From: Sedimentisphaerales bacterium
GTDB taxonomy: Bacteria > Planctomycetota > Phycisphaerae > Sedimentisphaerales > SM23-30
NCBI GenBank assembly: GCA_963666285.1
Contig: OY762711.1
Strand: one strand, 5' to 3'
Length of the DNA stretch: 64,000 nt
Below are positions 60,301 to 64,000 of this stretch, piece by piece. The position numbers were made by a program, and so were the translations under genes. How positions within the stretch are numbered: the stretch's first letter is position 1; each line of letters begins with the position of its first letter. The notes under the pieces are model-generated. The model did no database searches, was not told the DNA's origin, and saw nothing but the letters and a program-made list of their open reading frames with translations.

Positions 60301-62961
60301 TTAGCCGACGACGATATTTATCAACTTTTTCTTGATAACGATTATCTTGCGGATAGTCTTGCCTTCAAGATGCTTTTGCACTTTATCGCTATTATTAGCA
60401 ATTTCCTTAATGGTATCTTCGTCAGAATCGGCCGGCACCATTAGCTTATCACGAACTTTTCCGTTAATCTGAATAACTAGCTGAATTTCCGGATCCTGCA
60501 GTTTTGATTCATCGTATTTCGGCCATGATTCGTAAGCAAGAGTGGTCGCATGACCAAGTTTCGCCCAAAGCTCTTCTGCCATATGAGGAGCAAACGGAGC
60601 AAGGAGCAGAATAAACTGCTCAACAGCAGCTTTATTACGCTTGTCAAGCTTAGTGAAAGCATTGACAAACTCCATCATAGCCGCAATAGCAGTATTGAAA
60701 GAGAAACCGTCAATATCGTCACCAACTTTTTTAACGGTCTTATTGAGCAGCCGCTCATCGACATCGGCCAGCGGCTCATCGCAGACAGCAGCGTTCAAAT
60801 TGCCGCTCTCTTCATCAACAATCATACGCCATGCTTTCATAAGAAACCTGTGCACACCCTCGACGCCCTGCATATTCCATGGCTTATTGGCACTGAGCGG
60901 CCCCATAAACATCTCGTAAAGACGCATTGAGTCTGCTCCATAATCGCGGATAACATCATCCGGATTGACAACGTTTTTCAGTGACTTACTCATCTTGGCA
61001 GTAAACTCGACAAGCTTTTCGCCGGTTTCCTTATGGAAAAACTCACCACTCTTGTTTTCTACCAGGTCGTTTTCGATTAAACGCCCTGCTTCGGTCTTGT
61101 AGCTTAGACCAAGGATCATCCCCTGGTTGACCAGCTTCTGGAACGGCTCTTTAGTAGAAACAATGCCCAGATCAAATAGTACTTTATGCCAGAACCGTGA
61201 ATATAGCAGGTGCAGTACCGCATGTTCGGCACCACCGATATACAGATCAACCGGCATCCAGTAGTTCTCTTTTTCCTTTGCAAATGGAGCACTATCATTT
61301 AAGGCGTCAATATACCTCAGGTAATACCAGCAGCTGCCGGCCCATTGAGGCATAGTATTGGTTTCACGGCGGTATTTTTTGCCGTCTTTTTCAAAATAGA
61401 GCCAGTCTGTACAATTGGCCAGCGGCGATTCACCTTCGCTGGAAGGTTTGAAATTATCAGATTCCGGCAGTTCGACCGGCAGATCAGCTTCATCAATCGC
61501 GACAACCTCACCATCTTCGGCATGAGCTATCGGGAACGGCTCGCCCCAATATCGCTGACGACTAAACAGCCAGTCACGCAGTTTGTAGTTAATTGCCTTG
61601 CAGCCAAGCCCCTGCTCTTCCAGCCAGGCAGTAATCTTTTCCTTGAATTCAGCGGTTTTCATACCGTCATATTCGCCGGAATTTATTGCAACGCCGGGAT
61701 CGGTAAAACAACCGTCGATATCAGAACCATCTTCGGGGGCAACAACCTGAACAACAGGCAGTTCAAATTTGGTTGCAAATTCGTGGTCACGATCATCATG
61801 GCCGGGTACACACATAATTGCGCCGGTTCCATAACTGGCCAGTACATAGTCACTAATCCAGACCGGGATTTTATTGCCATTTACCGGGTTAACGGCATAA
61901 GCACCGATGAAGACGCCGGTCTTTTCCTTGGCCAGGTCCATGCGGTCCAAATCGCTTTTCATAGCAGCCTGTGCCTGATACTCGGTAACGGCAAAACGTT
62001 CCTGGTCACCGCAGATTTTATCTACCAACGGATGTTCTGGAGCAAGTACCATATAGGTAGCACCAAACAGAGTGTCTGGACGGGTAGTAAATACACGTAT
62101 TTTGCGATGTTCCGGTTCAACAATAGCGTCAGGTACTTCCCATACCTTAAAATCAACTTCGGCACCAATACTTTTACCGATCCAGTCGGCCTGTAGTTTC
62201 TTGATACCATAGGCCCAGTCAAGACCTTCAAGATCGTTCAGCAGTCTCTCGGCATAAGCGGTAATACGCAGCATCCACTGACGCATCGGTTTACGAATAA
62301 CCGGATGACCTCCGCGTTCACTAACACCGCCAATTACTTCTTCATTTGCCAGAACAGTACCAAGTTCAGGACACCAGTTAACCGGGGCATATTCTTCATA
62401 CGCCAAACGTTTACTATCAACGTAAGCAGCTTTCTCTTTTTTACTCAGCCCTTCCGGAACCGGCAGTTCTTCTATAGGACGAGCTTTGCCGGCTGATTCA
62501 TCGTACCAGCTATTGTAAAGCTTCAGGAATATCCACTGGGTCCATTTATAATAGCCAACATCGGTAGTATTGACTTCGCGGTCCCAGTCGTAGCTGAAGC
62601 CAAGTGCCTTGATCTGACTGCGGATATTACTAACATTTTTCTCAGTCGTAATAGCAGGATGGGTGCCGGTCTTTACGGCGAATTGCTCAGCAGGAAGGCC
62701 AAACGCATCATAACCCATCGGATGAAGAACGTTAAAACCATTCATTCTTTTGAAGCGAGCTACGATATCACTAGCGGTATAACCTTCGGGATGACCGACA
62801 TGGAGCCCGCTGCCGGATGGGTATGGAAACATATCCAGTACATAGTATTTGGGCTTACTGAAGTCATCTTCTGTCTTGAAAGTCTTGTTATTTTCCCAGT
62901 ATTTTTGCCATTTCGGCTCAACCGATAAGTGATCGTATAAACCTAACCTGTTATCTGTCAT
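60301..62961 (-). CDS. leuS: Leucine--tRNA ligase
   Basis: '[14 protein letters not shown]', 'FTTRPDT', 'SRQRYWG', 'KMSKS'. Confidence 0.98.
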   Translation of the reverse strand: MTDNRLGLYDHLSVEPKWQKYWENNKTFKTEDDFSKPKYYVLDMFPYPSGSGLHVGHPEGYTASDIVARFKRMNGFNVLHPMGYDAFGLPAEQFAVKTGTHPAITTEKNVSNIRSQIKALGFSYDWDREVNTTDVGYYKWTQWIFLKLYNSWYDESAGKARPIEELPVPEGLSKKEKAAYVDSKRLAYEEYAPVNWCPELGTVLANEEVIGGVSERGGHPVIRKPMRQWMLRITAYAERLLNDLEGLDWAYGIKKLQADWIGKSIGAEVDFKVWEVPDAIVEPEHRKIRVFTTRPDTLFGATYMVLAPEHPLVDKICGDQERFAVTEYQAQAAMKSDLDRMDLAKEKTGVFIGAYAVNPVNGNKIPVWISDYVLASYGTGAIMCVPGHDDRDHEFATKFELPVVQVVAPEDGSDIDGCFTDPGVAINSGEYDGMKTAEFKEKITAWLEEQGLGCKAINYKLRDWLFSRQRYWGEPFPIAHAEDGEVVAIDEADLPVELPESDNFKPSSEGESPLANCTDWLYFEKDGKKYRRETNTMPQWAGSCWYYLRYIDALNDSAPFAKEKENYWMPVDLYIGGAEHAVLHLLYSRFWHKVLFDLGIVSTKEPFQKLVNQGMILGLSYKTEAGRLIENDLVENKSGEFFHKETGEKLVEFTAKMSKSLKNVVNPDDVIRDYGADSMRLYEMFMGPLSANKPWNMQGVEGVHRFLMKAWRMIVDEESGNLNAAVCDEPLADVDERLLNKTVKKVGDDIDGFSFNTAIAAMMEFVNAFTKLDKRNKAAVEQFILLLAPFAPHMAEELWAKLGHATTLAYESWPKYDESKLQDPEIQLVIQINGKVRDKLMVPADSDEDTIKEIANNSDKVQKHLEGKTIRKIIVIKKKLINIVVG

Positions 62962-63168
62962 AATCTTATGCTTTCTCTATACAACGTGCATCTTAATTAA
63001 CTTAAATCAAAATAGACCTGTAATTTTATATATAAAATCGTCATAAATCAAGGAATTCATTAGAATTAACATGCAAAGGATAACAGCTTTTATAACATTG
63101 CATAAAAACAGCTAATAACCTAAAATATGCTGTTTTCTGATTAAATGAAATATTAAACGGAGTAAAAA

Positions 63169-64000
63169 TTGCTTCCTTATATACTAAATATAGTTTATGC
63201 CCTGCTGCTGATCCTCTATTTACCCCTGATAATTTACAAGATGGTAAGCCAGGGACGATATCGCGAAGGCTGGGGGCAGAAGTTCGGTCTTGTCCCTAAA
63301 CGCGAGTCAAATAATAAGTGTATCTGGATACACGCAGTGAGTATGGGCGAGGTAAATGCCGCCAAAACGCTGGTGGACCAGATACGAGAAGATATGCCGG
63401 ATTGCGATATTGTAGTCAGCTCGACTACCGATACAGGGATCAATCGTGCCAGGAAGATATACGGTGAAACAGCACAAGTAATTTTCTATCCATTTGACTT
63501 TACCTTTGCGGTCAAGCGGTCACTGTCAAGTATTAGGCCTGATATTTGTATCCTGATGGAGTTGGAAGCGTGGCCGAATTTTACCAAGATATGCTATAAG
63601 CGAAATATCCCGGTTGTAGTTGCCAATGGACGGATAAGTTCGGGCAAAGGGTTCCCGCGATATAAAAAAATCGCCCCGCTTATAAGACCGATGTTCGGCA
63701 GGCTGGCAGCGGTAATGGTACAGGACGCCGAATATGCCGAGCGTTTTGAATACCTGGGCGTAAACAAGGGGAAAATCACAGTAGCCGGTTCGCTAAAATA
63801 TGACACAGCAGAAATTACCGACAAAGTAGCCGGAGCCGACGAGCTGGCAAAGCAGTTGAATTTATCGAGTGAGGCAAAACTCATCGTCGGCGGCAGTACC
63901 GGCACAGATGAAGAAAAGATCATTATAGATGCATTCAAAAGCGTTCATGCCAAATATGCTGATACACGGCTGGCACTTATCCCGCGTAAACCCGAACGGT
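63169..64000 (+). CDS. waaA: Kdo transferase (partial, runs off the window end)
   Basis: Not in the ORF track. My translation from TTG 63169 (RBS GGAG) contains 'IWIHAVSMGEV', 'SSTTDTG', 'YPFD', 'ELEAWPN', 'NGRIS', 'GSLKYD', 'GST', 'PRKPER'. Confidence 0.93.
   Translation, partial: MLPYILNIVYALLLILYLPLIIYKMVSQGRYREGWGQKFGLVPKRESNNKCIWIHAVSMGEVNAAKTLVDQIREDMPDCDIVVSSTTDTGINRARKIYGETAQVIFYPFDFTFAVKRSLSSIRPDICILMELEAWPNFTKICYKRNIPVVVANGRISSGKGFPRYKKIAPLIRPMFGRLAAVMVQDAEYAERFEYLGVNKGKITVAGSLKYDTAEITDKVAGADELAKQLNLSSEAKLIVGGSTGTDEEKIIIDAFKSVHAKYADTRLALIPRKPER

Noticed and set aside
61345..62196. Long antisense ORFs (283 aa here, also 23737-24429 and 53854-54465)
   Set aside because: Shadow frames opposite well-supported genes.

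Overview
A gene-dense 64-kb bacterial chromosome window. Gene content points to an anaerobic, polysaccharide-using planctomycete, probably Phycisphaerae/Sedimentisphaerales (inference): TIGR02989-like ECF sigma with a FecR-NPCBM anti-sigma, DUF1080, PEP-CTERM proteins, an excisionase-HTH response regulator, HydG and Hcp. Housekeeping genes are rplM-rpsI, guaA, a metX-metW fusion, fumC, pfk, accB/accC, uppP, leuS and waaA. Redox genes are bfr, hydG and hcp with an Rrf2 regulator. Carbohydrate-active genes include a GH28-CE12 fusion. Two accessory zones (about 20.7-33 kb and 48-52.3 kb) carry secreted proteins, including a 2239-aa modular protein. I recognised no rRNA, tRNA, CRISPR array, transposase, integrase or reverse transcriptase. 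The most striking unexplained structure is non-coding: at least four dispersed intergenic repeat families. These are a TTAA-flanked palindromic MITE, a ~200-230-bp element with terminal inverted repeats, a ~270-330-bp element in inverted orientation, and a heptamer-run plus AGGTGT-hairpin unit. Several copies have tiny ~20-bp hairpins nested inside them. Other leads are a promoter- and terminator-bounded candidate sRNA, two distinct operator types at the rrf2-hcp locus, a three-gene HTH-REC/HDOD-kinase/GAF signalling module, and an ABC ATPase coupled to an ExbB-like gene with no permease or ExbD nearby. All alignments were done by eye.
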